Assembly: GCA_044892525.1 (NCBI GenBank)
Contig: CM097885.1
Span: 7,752,001 to 7,816,000, forward strand
DNA: 64,000 nucleotides
DNA from: Schmidtea polychroa
Taxonomy: Eukaryota
Reading direction: 5' to 3'
Shown here: positions 52,937 through 64,000 of the stretch, piece after piece
How positions within the stretch are numbered: the first letter of the stretch is position 1
Layout: each line of letters begins with the position of its first letter
Position numbers and translations under genes: made by a program
Notes under the pieces: generated by a model
Databases searched by the model: none
What the model was told of the DNA's origin: nothing
What the model saw: only the letters and a program-made list of their open reading frames with translations

Positions 52937-54156
52937 TTTGTGGTAAATCTGAATTATGCATATTTGATAGACCATCGCCCCAGGCTGTAATAGAATTTGG
53001 GGCATTTGAGGAAGTTTTTCCTATGAATTCAATTACCGATAGTAGAAATGATGTAGAATTTTACATCAATGGTTCTCAAACAGAATATTTAGATTTGAAT
53101 GATACTTTATTGACTGTTCAAATCAAGGTTATAGATAAAGATAAAAAGGCTTTGGGTGATGCTGATGCTACAATACCTAATAATTTTTTGTTTCATACAC
53201 TTTTTAAAGATGCTATTCTTGGATTTAATAATATCAAGATTGAAGGTGGCAACAATACATATATCCACAAGGCGATAATAGAAACTATTTTAAATTATAA
53301 TACTGACACCAAAAATACATGTCTTACTCCTATGGGTTATGCATCAAGTGATGACGAACGGAAAAAATGGATTAAAGGCTCAAAGATTTTCACCATGTGT
53401 TCATCATTACAACTCGATTTTATGGATCAACCAAAATATTTGCTTCCAGGAGTTAATGTCCACATTCGATTGTAAAGATCCGATTCTGCATTAACTCTTA
53501 CTAGTGCTACAGGTGCACCAATATGTCAATTAGTTGATGCAAAATTATTAGTGAGAAGAGTTCGAGTAGACCCATCAGTATTAGCAGGTCATCAATTAGG
53601 TCTTAATTCTAAACATGCAATTTATCCTCTGAAAACAAAAGAAATTGTTTCATTTGCAATAGCCAAAGGTGCTTCATCATTCTATAAAGAACAGATATTT
53701 GGTGATAGAAGAATGCCTAATTTTATTCTGGTAACATTTCAAAGTGAAGCACAATATAATGGATCATATACTGCTTCCAGCTCAATTTTCAAAAACTTTG
53801 CTGTTACTTCATTAACTCTGTCGAAAAATACTGATTATCGAGAAACATATACTCAAGATTTCGACACTGATAATTACTGTTCTACATATATGCAAAGTAT
53901 TGTTAGAAATCTAGGATATTTAGATAAAAATTTGAATTGTGGAATAACTCTTGAAGAATTCAAAACAAAATATCCATTCTTTACATTTGTTTTAGCCCCT
54001 GATTTTGATTTAAATCAGAGTCAATTACCACAAAACGGTAATTTACGATTGGATATAAAGTTTGCGAGAGCCATTACAGAACCTGTGCATGTTATAATAT
54101 ATGGAGTATTTGAAAATGAAGTTCAAATTACTGCAAACAGGACCGTGCTGGTATAA
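52933..54156 (+). pseudogene. Double jelly-roll major capsid protein, in-frame TAA at 53473-53475
   Basis: KSELCIFDRPSPQ..YLDLNDTLL..QPKYLLPGV..GNLRLDIKF; the two ORFs are in the same frame. Confidence 0.9.
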
Positions 54157-54183
54157 ATGTATACAGAAATACAGAAAGTTGTC

Positions 54184-54559
54184 ATGGAGTAAGTTGTTTT
54201 TATACTGTTTAATTTATTAAAATAGTTCTGTTCAGGTTAATCGAATTGGAAAACAAATATTAGGAAATGAATTTTTAGGAGTTTTTCCTCTCGATAAAAT
54301 ACCATTTTTGAAAAATAATCAAGCCATAATCGTCAATACCCATTCATCTCATCTTGGCGGAGAGCATTGGATTGCAATCTATGTAAAACCAGATAAGATA
54401 CATGTATTCGATCCTATGGGTTTCTATTATCCTGCTTTATTGGTTTCGAAACTACAAACAATGGGCAAACCTATTGTATATAATAAAACAATGTATCAAC
54501 ACCCTTTAACTCGTACGTGCGGACAACATTGTTTAGGATGGCTTATGTCTATTAAATAA
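54184..54559 (+). CDS. Adenain-like cysteine protease, spliced (exons 54184-54188, 54226-54559)
   Basis: MD|SVQVNRIG..FLGVFPLD..IVNT..GEHW..FDPMG..Q..CGQHC; 37-nt GTAAGT..TAG intron restores the N-terminus. Confidence 0.88.
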
Positions 54560-54610
54560 TAAATGTTTTTATAAAAATGTGTTTTTATTATTTTATAATT
54601 ATTATTATGT

Positions 54611-54646
<36 letters not shown>

Positions 54647-54761
54647 TTTATAATTATTATTATGTTTTATATTATTACAATAATAACAAAGTCCGTCATG
54701 AACGGTGCATGCTCCGTGCATGATTAACAAAGGCATATTATCACGTTATAAACAATTGTAA

Positions 54762-54869
54762 TCCTATTGTTTTTAACCAACCTGATCCGTACTGTTTACC
54801 AATAAAATATGGTAATTCACCGCCAGATTGGCTATCACTATACATACTAATAATATCGGAATTAGCCAT
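54762..54869 (-). pseudogene. Truncated pVI-like gene, arm B
   Basis: MANSDIISMYSDSQSGGELPYFIGKQYGSGWLKTIG then unrelated sequence. Confidence 0.85.
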
Positions 54870-55874
54870 CTACTTTACGAAAATGTAGTGTCAAATGAGT
54901 TTTTGAGTCTTTTGGAAAGTTTATAAGTTTTCCACTATCGTCACGAATATTTATTTCTATATTGTTTATACATGAGCTTGAAATTGGTAAATACATGGGA
55001 TTATCTATATTTATATTGACAACTTCATCATGTTCATATTTTCCAATCCATACCGATTTCAAAAGAGGAACACTGGAATCACCAACAATAATAGGCTCAA
55101 TAATATTAGTATATATGAACATTTGTTGATGATGTTCAAGTATTCTTGGTTTACGTATACCAGCCGATTTTTCCCGATATTGCTGCTTCTCTAATCCAAG
55201 TGTATTTGTCAAATTTTTATCAAATGTAACTTCGCAAATGTCATCATTCAAACTGAATGTAAATAACAGATCTTTCACAATGTCCAAACTTTTAAATATG
55301 TGTGAACAATTGTACTTTAAATATTTAAGTAACACATCAAGTTTATCAATATATAATTCGTCAGCAAAGGTGAATGATTCTTCAACTTCATTATTATACG
55401 ACACAGATATTTTGATTTCTTCTCTCATTACACTGTTTGCTTCAAATAGATTAAAGCGTAATAAATATTCGGTTTCCATAACTTCATTTTTCAACTTATT
55501 GCAACCCAATCGTTTGGCATCTTCAATATATTCGAATGTTATTGTAAATGGTTTAAAATCACAACTGATATTTAATCCATCCTTGTAAAACATAGAGCAG
55601 TGCTGATCTAATATCTGATTTGGAATATGATATGTTTTATCATAATTACTGATAATAAAGATACCGCTACATGTTTTTATAGCATTCCTTTTGAAATCAA
55701 TCTTACATTGACTATAAAATGGGAATGTGTTGTACACGAATGTAAAATCTTGCAGTGCAACTTCCCAGTCCCCATTTAAAGAAATCGGATTCTGGAGATT
55801 GACCATAAATTTACTGGCTTGATTGTCTGGATGAATTAATGGGCAACTATTGCTTGGTAAAATAGTATAAAAAT

Positions 55875-56997
<1,123 letters not shown>

Positions 56998-57058
56998 TAC
57001 AACAAGAAGATTTAATATTAAATTTAATGTCTGGTAATGAAGGATTAGCACCCATTGT

Positions 57059-57553
57059 TTATGATCGACTTCCTATTATTCCACCTAATAATGATATTGC
57101 TAAAGGTATCAATGCACCGATAAATCCCCCTTGTTGTTTATATATAATTTTTCTCATTTGTTGACGATTTTTATTATTTACTAATGATAGCAAAGGTTTC
57201 CTATGTTTACTCAATAATTGCTTTTTAGATTTACTGATTTTAATCTTGCCTTTGACTACTTTAAGTATAATATCGAGTAAATCATCGACAACATAATTTG
57301 GAAAAGATTGTAAAATACTGTTTCTTTTCATACTGGGTGCTTTTAACAATGTATTGAAAAACGGGAAACTCCGATGATTTTTAACAACTTTTACTTTCTT
57401 AGTGGTTTTACTTTTAGGTTTAGGTTTAGGATTTTTCGAAATAAGATTCATTGCAGGAAAATTTTCTGTAATAAGTTCTTTAGATGGAGTATAACTAGTT
57501 GTTGGTGGAACTTTTGGTTGTTTTTTACTCGATATCCTTGTTTTTGAAAACAT
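57059..57553 (-). CDS. Basic pX-like core protein, arm B
   Basis: QQGGFIGALIPLAISLLGG tail; intact ORF. Confidence 0.72.
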   Translation of the reverse strand: MFSKTRISSKKQPKVPPTTSYTPSKELITENFPAMNLISKNPKPKPKSKTTKKVKVVKNHRSFPFFNTLLKAPSMKRNSILQSFPNYVVDDLLDIILKVVKGKIKISKSKKQLLSKHRKPLLSLVNNKNRQQMRKIIYKQQGGFIGALIPLAISLLGGIIGSRS

Positions 57554-57566
57554 GATTTATATGTTT

Positions 57567-58205
57567 TCAATTTTGTTTTGAACTTTGTTTATAAACCATG
57601 GCACCTTTTGGGTTGAAAATATCTGTTTTTACCCGTATATCATCAGGACATTGTTGTGTGAAATCGAGAAATATATACCCATGAGGTATTTTCGTAGCAT
57701 CTTGAAATGCATTGATAAGAAAATTACGGTTATTAGGGTATGCTTGTCGTCCAAGAAAATCAATGACAGTTGCATCTCTAGGATTCTTGAAAATAACTAG
57801 ATATTGTACATTTAAATTACGTGTTCGATGTGCCCCACCTTGATGAAATAAATTTTGTGTTATGAAAATAACTGTTACACCAACATGTCTGCTGATTTTT
57901 GTGAATAAATTATTAAAATCCTTTTCTTTATTGGCTTCTTGATACAAATCATCGATAATGATTACATCATCTTTCTTCAAACGACTTGACCAGTTTTTAT
58001 CAAAACCCTTTACTATTTTCATGTTTTTCAATTGACAGAAACTTGATTGTGTCAATCCATGTTCTTCATCGGCGCCCCTATGCCAATAAATATTGTTGAA
58101 TTTTGTTTTGAACAAATTTGATTTTAGTAATTTACAAACAAATAATGTTTTTCCGCTACCACTTGGACCAACGATTTGGTATACTGCATCATTTCGTAAT
58201 TCCAT
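57567..58205 (-). CDS. A32/FtsK-like packaging ATPase, arm B, intact
   Basis: GPSGSGKT, IIIDD, ITQNLF, FKNPRD, PHGYIFLD. Confidence 0.95.
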   Translation of the reverse strand: MELRNDAVYQIVGPSGSGKTLFVCKLLKSNLFKTKFNNIYWHRGADEEHGLTQSSFCQLKNMKIVKGFDKNWSSRLKKDDVIIIDDLYQEANKEKDFNNLFTKISRHVGVTVIFITQNLFHQGGAHRTRNLNVQYLVIFKNPRDATVIDFLGRQAYPNNRNFLINAFQDATKIPHGYIFLDFTQQCPDDIRVKTDIFNPKGAMVYKQSSKQN

Positions 58206-58311
58206 TTTTTAAATTTAAACTATATATAATTATTGTTTATATTGATAATTTAAATGAACTCCTTTTTAAAATAACTATATATAACAGAGTTTTTATAATT
58301 ATTTCATTAAA

Positions 58312-58728
58312 ATGCTTTCAAATATAAATTACAGGGCAAAAGCTGATGTATCAAAAATGGTATTTCCAATGGGGAAACCACAACAACTCATCAATAGAAG
58401 TAAAAAATATCCAATAATATATTTCAAAACTGGTAAATGTAGAATTATGGGGTGTAAGGAAATAATCAAAGCTAGTGAATATAATGTTTATGATTTAGAA
58501 ATACAATCGATAACCATAACTTCCGATATAGGTTTTTCTTGTAATTTAAATAAATTGGCTAAATTAATACCATGCTTTTACGAACCAGAATTATTTCCAG
58601 CTTTGAGATATATAAAATATAACCCTATGTGTGTAAATATATTCGCTAGCGGTAAGATAGTAATTCTTGGAATAAAAAATATTGATTACAAATGTATAGT
58701 TGATAATATCATATCTGAAATTAAATAA
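58312..58728 (+). CDS. TATA-binding protein (TBP)-like, arm B
   Basis: YFKTGKCRIMGCK and NLNKLA..YEPELFPALRY..NIFASGKIVILGIK. Confidence 0.9.
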   Translation: MLSNINYRAKADVSKMVFPMGKPQQLINRSKKYPIIYFKTGKCRIMGCKEIIKASEYNVYDLEIQSITITSDIGFSCNLNKLAKLIPCFYEPELFPALRYIKYNPMCVNIFASGKIVILGIKNIDYKCIVDNIISEIK

Positions 58729-58897
58729 ATAATTGAAGGAAATGAATTTTTAGATTTTTTATTATCACTTAATTAATTATTTATCATTACAAATTCAATG
58801 CAATTGAAATGCATGATTCTGATTGGTCGAAATCTAATTGGCTGATGATTATTTATAACAAAATGTTTTCGGTTTAGTTGTCATTTATTCAACAAAA

Positions 58898-59307
58898 ATG
58901 TACAACATACAAAGTTCCGCAATCACCTCAATGAAAGAGCATGCAAATTATGGTAATTTCAAATTTTTATTATTACATTAATATATATATATTTTACAGA
59001 TGAATATCAATCAATTATCTTGCAAAGATTATGCTTCTATTATCCAGAATTAAATGAAATTCTACAAGATAGAGATACAGCTATCATTCCGGATTTGGTA
59101 TACAACCAAACACGAATCTGGATATTTGATATAATAAACACTTTTCTATGGGATATCAAGATAGGAAGGGGGATGAAAGAAATGAAACCAGAGGCTCCTT
59201 GCATTTTCGGATGTAGCTGTTGCAATTTCCGTTATCAACAATATGTTGAATGGTGTTTGGTGAAGACTCTGAGAAATCACCACTCGAGTCAGATTGTATC
59301 AAAATAA
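58898..59307 (+). CDS. Cys-rich orphan gene Y, arm B, spliced (exons 58898-58952, 59000-59307)
   Basis: 47-nt GT-AG intron gives an ATG start in frame; similarity to 48240-48626. Confidence 0.68.
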
Positions 59308-59437
59308 ATTTTTATGTTGAATTGTTTTGTTTTTGTAAATCGAAATAATAGAAATAATAATAATAATAATAGTAATAGAAATAGTAATAATAATATAAGT
59401 AATAATAGTAATAAAAAACAATATTTATAATAAAAAC

Positions 59438-59528
59438 ATTAATGCAACATTAATGCAAATGACATGCAATTTAAACAAAGACATACAGCAATCTGATTGG
59501 TTGATAAACAATAGTCATAGGTATAAAA
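59438..59528 (+). promoter_or_regulatory. Putative promoter module: octamer, CCAAT box, TATA
   Basis: ATGCAAAT 59453-59460, CTGATTGG 59493-59500, TATAAAA 59522-59528, about 40 nt before ATG 59563; the octamer block is duplicated at about 60033-60072. Confidence 0.55.
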
Positions 59529-59562
59529 ACCCTGTACCATTTCATTTTAATCATAATTCACG

Positions 59563-59982
59563 ATGACAAAGAAAATTTCAAGCACTGAAAAGCCAAAAGT
59601 TGTTCCAGAACTTGTACAACCTGTTCAAATGTTCCACAACTATAAAATGTATTTTTTAAAAGAAGAAATCAATATGAAATTGGCGTCGCCGATCAAGCTA
59701 ATTCCAACTAAATTTCAATTCTTATCCGGCACGCTTTCAATGATAGATATTAAATCTATTGATGAGGTTTTCAAACGGTTGAATACGAATCTATCTTGTA
59801 ATCAACATGCCTGGTTCAACAACAGATATGCAAGATTTTATGATTCCTTTGATGAAATCGGTTTCAAAGAAAACGAAAATTGGTATATAACAATTGCAAT
59901 CCAAGGATATAAAGTAGATAATAATGATGTGTATTCTCCAATTTGGAAAATTATGTCTGCTAGACTTTCACAACTATTTTAA
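59563..59982 (+). CDS. Orphan gene X, arm B, intronless
   Basis: Intact 139-aa ORF; ITIAIQGYKV..SPIWKI shared with the arm A gene. Confidence 0.75.
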   Translation: MTKKISSTEKPKVVPELVQPVQMFHNYKMYFLKEEINMKLASPIKLIPTKFQFLSGTLSMIDIKSIDEVFKRLNTNLSCNQHAWFNNRYARFYDSFDEIGFKENENWYITIAIQGYKVDNNDVYSPIWKIMSARLSQLF

Positions 59983-60115
59983 TGTTATATTTAATAAATG
60001 TATTAGTCATATTTGTTTTTTCTCTTTATTAATTGCAACATTAATGCAAATGACATGCAAATTTAACAAAGAAAATCTATAAACAAACTTATAATATAGT
60101 TTTAAAGTGATGAAA

Positions 60116-60436
60116 ATGACTGCAGAAAAAGGTTAACATGATTAATTAAATACTGAATTATTTATTATTTAGAATTATTAATCAACTTTTTGTTGGAAAA
60201 AATTAGCAGAAATATCTGGTGTAAAAATTGAGGATATATTATCTGTTACAAATGCATTAAATATCGGCTGGGTAGTTGAGAGTCAAGATTCAAGATTTGA
60301 AGGAACCGATACTCAAGAAATTGATGACGAAATCTATGAACCTAAAGATAATATTACGAATGATTGTATTGATCATGTCGTTGAAAATATAATGAAATGT
60401 GGAGATGACGATTGCGAATGTGTTAATAAATTTTAA
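60116..60436 (+). CDS. Acidic orphan protein, arm B, spliced (intron 60132-60172), +1 A in a homopolymer near 60200
   Basis: MTAEK|ELLINFLLEK/LAEISGVKI..NDCIDHVVENIMK. Confidence 0.72.
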
Positions 60437-60480
60437 AATTGAATTATTTTCATTTAAATATACTATTAAAAACAATAACA

Positions 60481-61009
60481 TTAATTTTTATTCATATATC
60501 TACAGAAAATATACATTATAACAACTCCAGTTGTAAGTTTTATAAAGTTTTTCATTTTTCTTTTGATTTCATCAGTTTCTTTAAAATTGCAGGCCAGTTT
60601 ATTTAATACACCCCATCCGCCATTGGCTTCTATCCATGGGGTAAACTTGGACTTGATTATCTAGAAATGAATATTATTAAAATATAGATTATAAAAGAAA
60701 TCTTACTTCTAAAGACCACTGATAATAATGTTCTGAGTCATGTTGACCTTTTGCAATGATTATCTTCATGTAGGTGAATCCTACAATTATCCTTGTCCAT
60801 TTCATGTCTTCATCGAAAAGACACTGAAATATTCTATTGAAGTAATACTTCTTGGTTTCCAGGGATTCCATCTCCATCATCTGCTGATAATCGATATTTT
60901 CACCTTCAATGATTTGTTCGGTTCGATTGATCAGGAAATTGAGGCTGTCGACTATATTCGCGGTGACAATTCCGTTTAGAACATTTTCCATAAAATTTGG
61001 TTGCGACAT
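60481..61009 (-). CDS. Bcl-2 family protein, 160 aa, spliced (exons 61009-60707, 60660-60481)
   Basis: BH1-like LFDEDMKWTRIIVGF, BH2 PWIEANGGW, C-terminal hydrophobic anchor FIKLTTGVVIMYIFC plus RYMNKN; 46-nt GTAAG..TAG phase-0 intron. Confidence 0.88.
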
Positions 61010-61225
61010 TTCTAAATTAATTTAAAATATAATGTTTTATTTATACTAATACCATATGATTTTGATTGGTTGATAGACTATAAATGTAAAAGAAAGGTTT
61101 TGATTTGATACACCATAAAAACTGTATTGCTAATTATTATAACGAGTGTGTGCTAACACAATACTATAAATTTTATAATATTCGACTATGTTTTTTGTTA
61201 ACTATGTTTTGTGATAGAAATAATA

Positions 61226-61341
<116 letters not shown>

Positions 61342-61415
61342 TATGTTTTATTACATTGTTTAATAATACCCTTGCGAGTTGTTGAGCGCGACCAGTACCC
61401 TTGTTAGCAGTACCC

Positions 61416-61800
61416 ATAGGGGGACAGAATATTTTGTCGGATAAACTCGGAGTATATAGATTAATAATATATCGATGAGAACACTAACTTGTTGCGTGTG
61501 TGGACATTAATAATAATATTTTTATACATTGTGTGTGTGACCATAGGGGAACAGAATATTTTGTCTGAGTATTGTGTGTAATAATTTTATTTTATTTAAC
61601 CATCAAAATAAGTTTTTAAAATACCGCAACGTAATATATTTAATAATTAAAATTTTAAAATACCGCAACGTAATATATTTAATAATTAAAATTTCAAAAT
61701 ACCGCAACGTAATATATTTTTAAAATACCGCAACGTAATATAAAATTTAAAATACCGCAACGTAATATAAATTTTAAAATACCGCAACGTAATATAAATT
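61416..61800. repeat. Direct repeat arrays
   Basis: CATAGGGG(G/A)ACAGAATATTTTGTC x2; AAATACCGCAACGTAATATA x6 (about 61618-61797). Confidence 0.9.
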
Positions 61801-61857
61801 TAAAAAAAAAATTAAAAAAAAAATAAATAAAAAAAAAAAAATAAAAAAAAAAAAAAA

Positions 61858-61975
61858 CCCTCCCCCCGGGGGTGGGGGTGGGGTATGACGTCATATGTCT
61901 TTGTGACGTCATCGATGACGTCATATGTCTTTGTGACGTCATCGATGACGTCATATGTCTTTGTTCCCGGGTCCA
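61858..61975. promoter_or_regulatory. GC-rich block with five CRE/ATF palindromes in a 30-bp tandem repeat
   Basis: TGACGTCA at 61886, 61904, 61916, 61934 and 61946; GGGGGTGGGGGTGGGG immediately before. Confidence 0.65.
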
Positions 61976-62017
61976 CACAATACCCTACTATCATAATTAT
62001 TTTATTACAATTTTAAA

Positions 62018-62650
62018 ATGTCATCAATTAATACTAAAATCAATGTGGTTCTTTCGAGAAATGGTAAGGATTTTTATTTATTTATTTATATTAAATAATT
62101 AAATTTACAATTAGAAACTCGTACCGTTAACTCGTCAGTCTTCAATAGGCGATTAGGTTCTGGAAATGATGGAAATGGTATATTTATAATTATTATAAAT
62201 ACTTTAATTATTATTATTATCTTTATTATTTAGACAATTATTTTGGTGATTGGGCCGCAATTACCGAAAATGACGACATATTAGATATTTCAAACATATT
62301 CCAAAATGGGAATTTATTAGTTTAATTAAAATTGTATTACCATTAACATTTTAGAATCTTCTGTTTCTCATAACAAGAATTTTCCAATAATAAATGCCGC
62401 AGTAGTGGATACCTCCGTTGTGTATAATTTGAATGATCCCATCCCTATTGGGGACTCAGTTTCGAATAACGAATCAAAATGTATGTTTCATTTTATTAAT
62501 ATATAGTTTTTAATTAATTAATAACTTAATAATAATATAGATTTTATGTAAATATAATGTAAATATAACTTTATGTAAATTATTTCAGTTATCATTAAAA
62601 TAGTAATTGTAATAGTAATAATTATAATAGTAATTGTAATAGTAGTAGTA

Positions 62651-62728
<78 letters not shown>

Positions 62729-62804
62729 TTAATATTTAAAATTTGTCTATAATATTATCAACTATAAAATAATTAGTTAATGTTAAATAATGCTAAGTTA
62801 TTAA

Positions 62805-62873
<69 letters not shown>

Positions 62874-64000
62874 ATAAATAATACATTTTCATTCAATAAA
62901 TAATTATTTAACTTTTATTAGGCAAATTTTATCTTAAATATTGTAATTCGTCTATGGGTCATGACAATAAATGCCACAAAAATATGAAGAAATATTATCG
63001 CCAACCTTTTAATGGCATCAACTTTTTTATTTGCCCCATATGCAAAACTTCCCAGAGTGTAAGGTATAAGGAATTTTATAGTCAACATTCTCAGCACTTA
63101 AATTCTTTCAAAACAAATAAACAAGAACTGTTTAAAATAATAAATAAGAATAACATTGAAATTGTAAATATTTTAAATAATAACACAAAAAAGAAATCTA
63201 ATAAAAGACCTGCTGAACATAGGGTGTCTAAAATTAAAAATAAAATTATAAAAACTGAAGTTATTGAGATCAGTGACGACGAAATTATTAAAAATGAAGT
63301 CATTCTACTCAGTGATGACGAATGTAATAATATTACATATACTATAAATCATGATATTATAAATGATAATATTGATACTATAAATGCTATAAATGAAAAT
63401 ATAAATAATGATAATACTATAAATACTATAAATCAAATAGGTGGATCATCTTTAGCGATTGAGCCGATAATAGAATCAAATTTAAATGGCGCCATTCGAA
63501 CTATTCGATTTAATATTGCCGATTCACAATTAATTAAAATTATAATAACGGATAAAATCACTGAAAAGTTAACATCTGAAATAAATAACATGGGTAGCGT
63601 CAAAATTCAATTCGCTATTCTTATAAGATTTGAAAAAGATGGGGAAATCCGTGACAACTACTTTTCAAATAACGCCGAGATCTTTTCGGATAACTTTTTA
63701 ATTGAGGGAGTTAATAAGTTAAACGAAAAAATTGAAAAGTTTACTTATTTAGGTAGTGGCTGGAGAGTAATTAATATCTTAGAGATTGATTTCATTCTGA
63801 CTAAATTTGCTCCTATTTGTCGCCTATCTGGTCATAGTTACATTCGTACACCCGCAGATTTGAAATCTAAAGGAGCAATTATTAATGTTAAAAATAAGGA
63901 TCATAAGTGTTTCCTTTATAGTATTCTCGCGCTCTTGAAAAAAGATGAAATAGGTAGCCACCCTGAAAGAGTTTCAAAATATGAAAATCTTTTAAATATT
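62018..64000 (+). CDS. N-terminal part of Polinton protein-primed DNA polymerase B precursor, spliced, running off the window. Tentative exons: 62018-62063, 62115-62177, 62234-62308, 62355-62480, 62922-64000
   Basis: Open frame 62922 to the end with GSGWRV..GHSYIRTPADLKSKGAIINVKNKDHKCFLYSILA, typical of Polinton pPolB N-termini; upstream exons all phase 1, but the third donor reads GG; catalytic PolB motifs lie outside the window. Confidence 0.75.

Larger units (their letters stand above)
45370..54761 (+). mobile_element. Polinton/Maverick (adintovirus-like) arm A, from putative terminus to protease; decaying
   Basis: Starts AGTAGT followed by about 1 kb of subterminal repeats; carries ATPase, integrase, penton, major capsid and adenain in one orientation. 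Confidence 0.92.

Noticed and set aside
61618..61797. Repeat array with variable spacers resembling CRISPR
   Set aside because: Spacers are short A/T runs, partly duplicated; eukaryotic context and no cas genes
61694..62102. ORFs 61694-61978, 61812-61994 and 61872-62102
   Set aside because: Translations of the tandem repeats and poly-A tract

Overview
AT-rich eukaryotic (probably invertebrate; flatworm-like by inference) genomic DNA with long (AAT)n/(TA)n tracts and 40-60 nt mini-introns. The left 45 kb holds an 11-exon SPATA1-like host gene (5' end not located), three Ty3/Gypsy elements plus a decayed fourth, hAT-Charlie MITEs and a transposase fragment, a Penelope GIY-YIG fragment, fold-back repeats carrying minimal hammerhead ribozymes, and two decayed host-gene copies (proteasome alpha-4, TPR). 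From about 45370 to the window end lies an endogenous Polinton/Maverick (adintovirus-like) locus made of two related arms joined tail-to-tail at about 54762. Between them the arms carry packaging ATPase, pX-like core protein, chromo-integrase, penton, pVI-like protein, major capsid and adenain protease, and a spliced pPolB N-terminus follows on the right. Each arm also has an accessory block with a compact TATA-binding-protein homolog and three orphan genes. The outermost slot holds an IAP-type RING in one arm and a spliced, tail-anchored Bcl-2 homolog in the other. Many viral genes contain host-style mini-introns, including one made almost entirely of GT(ATT)nAG next to an integrase catalytic Asp. 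All calls come from reading the sequence and recognising motifs; no database searches were run.
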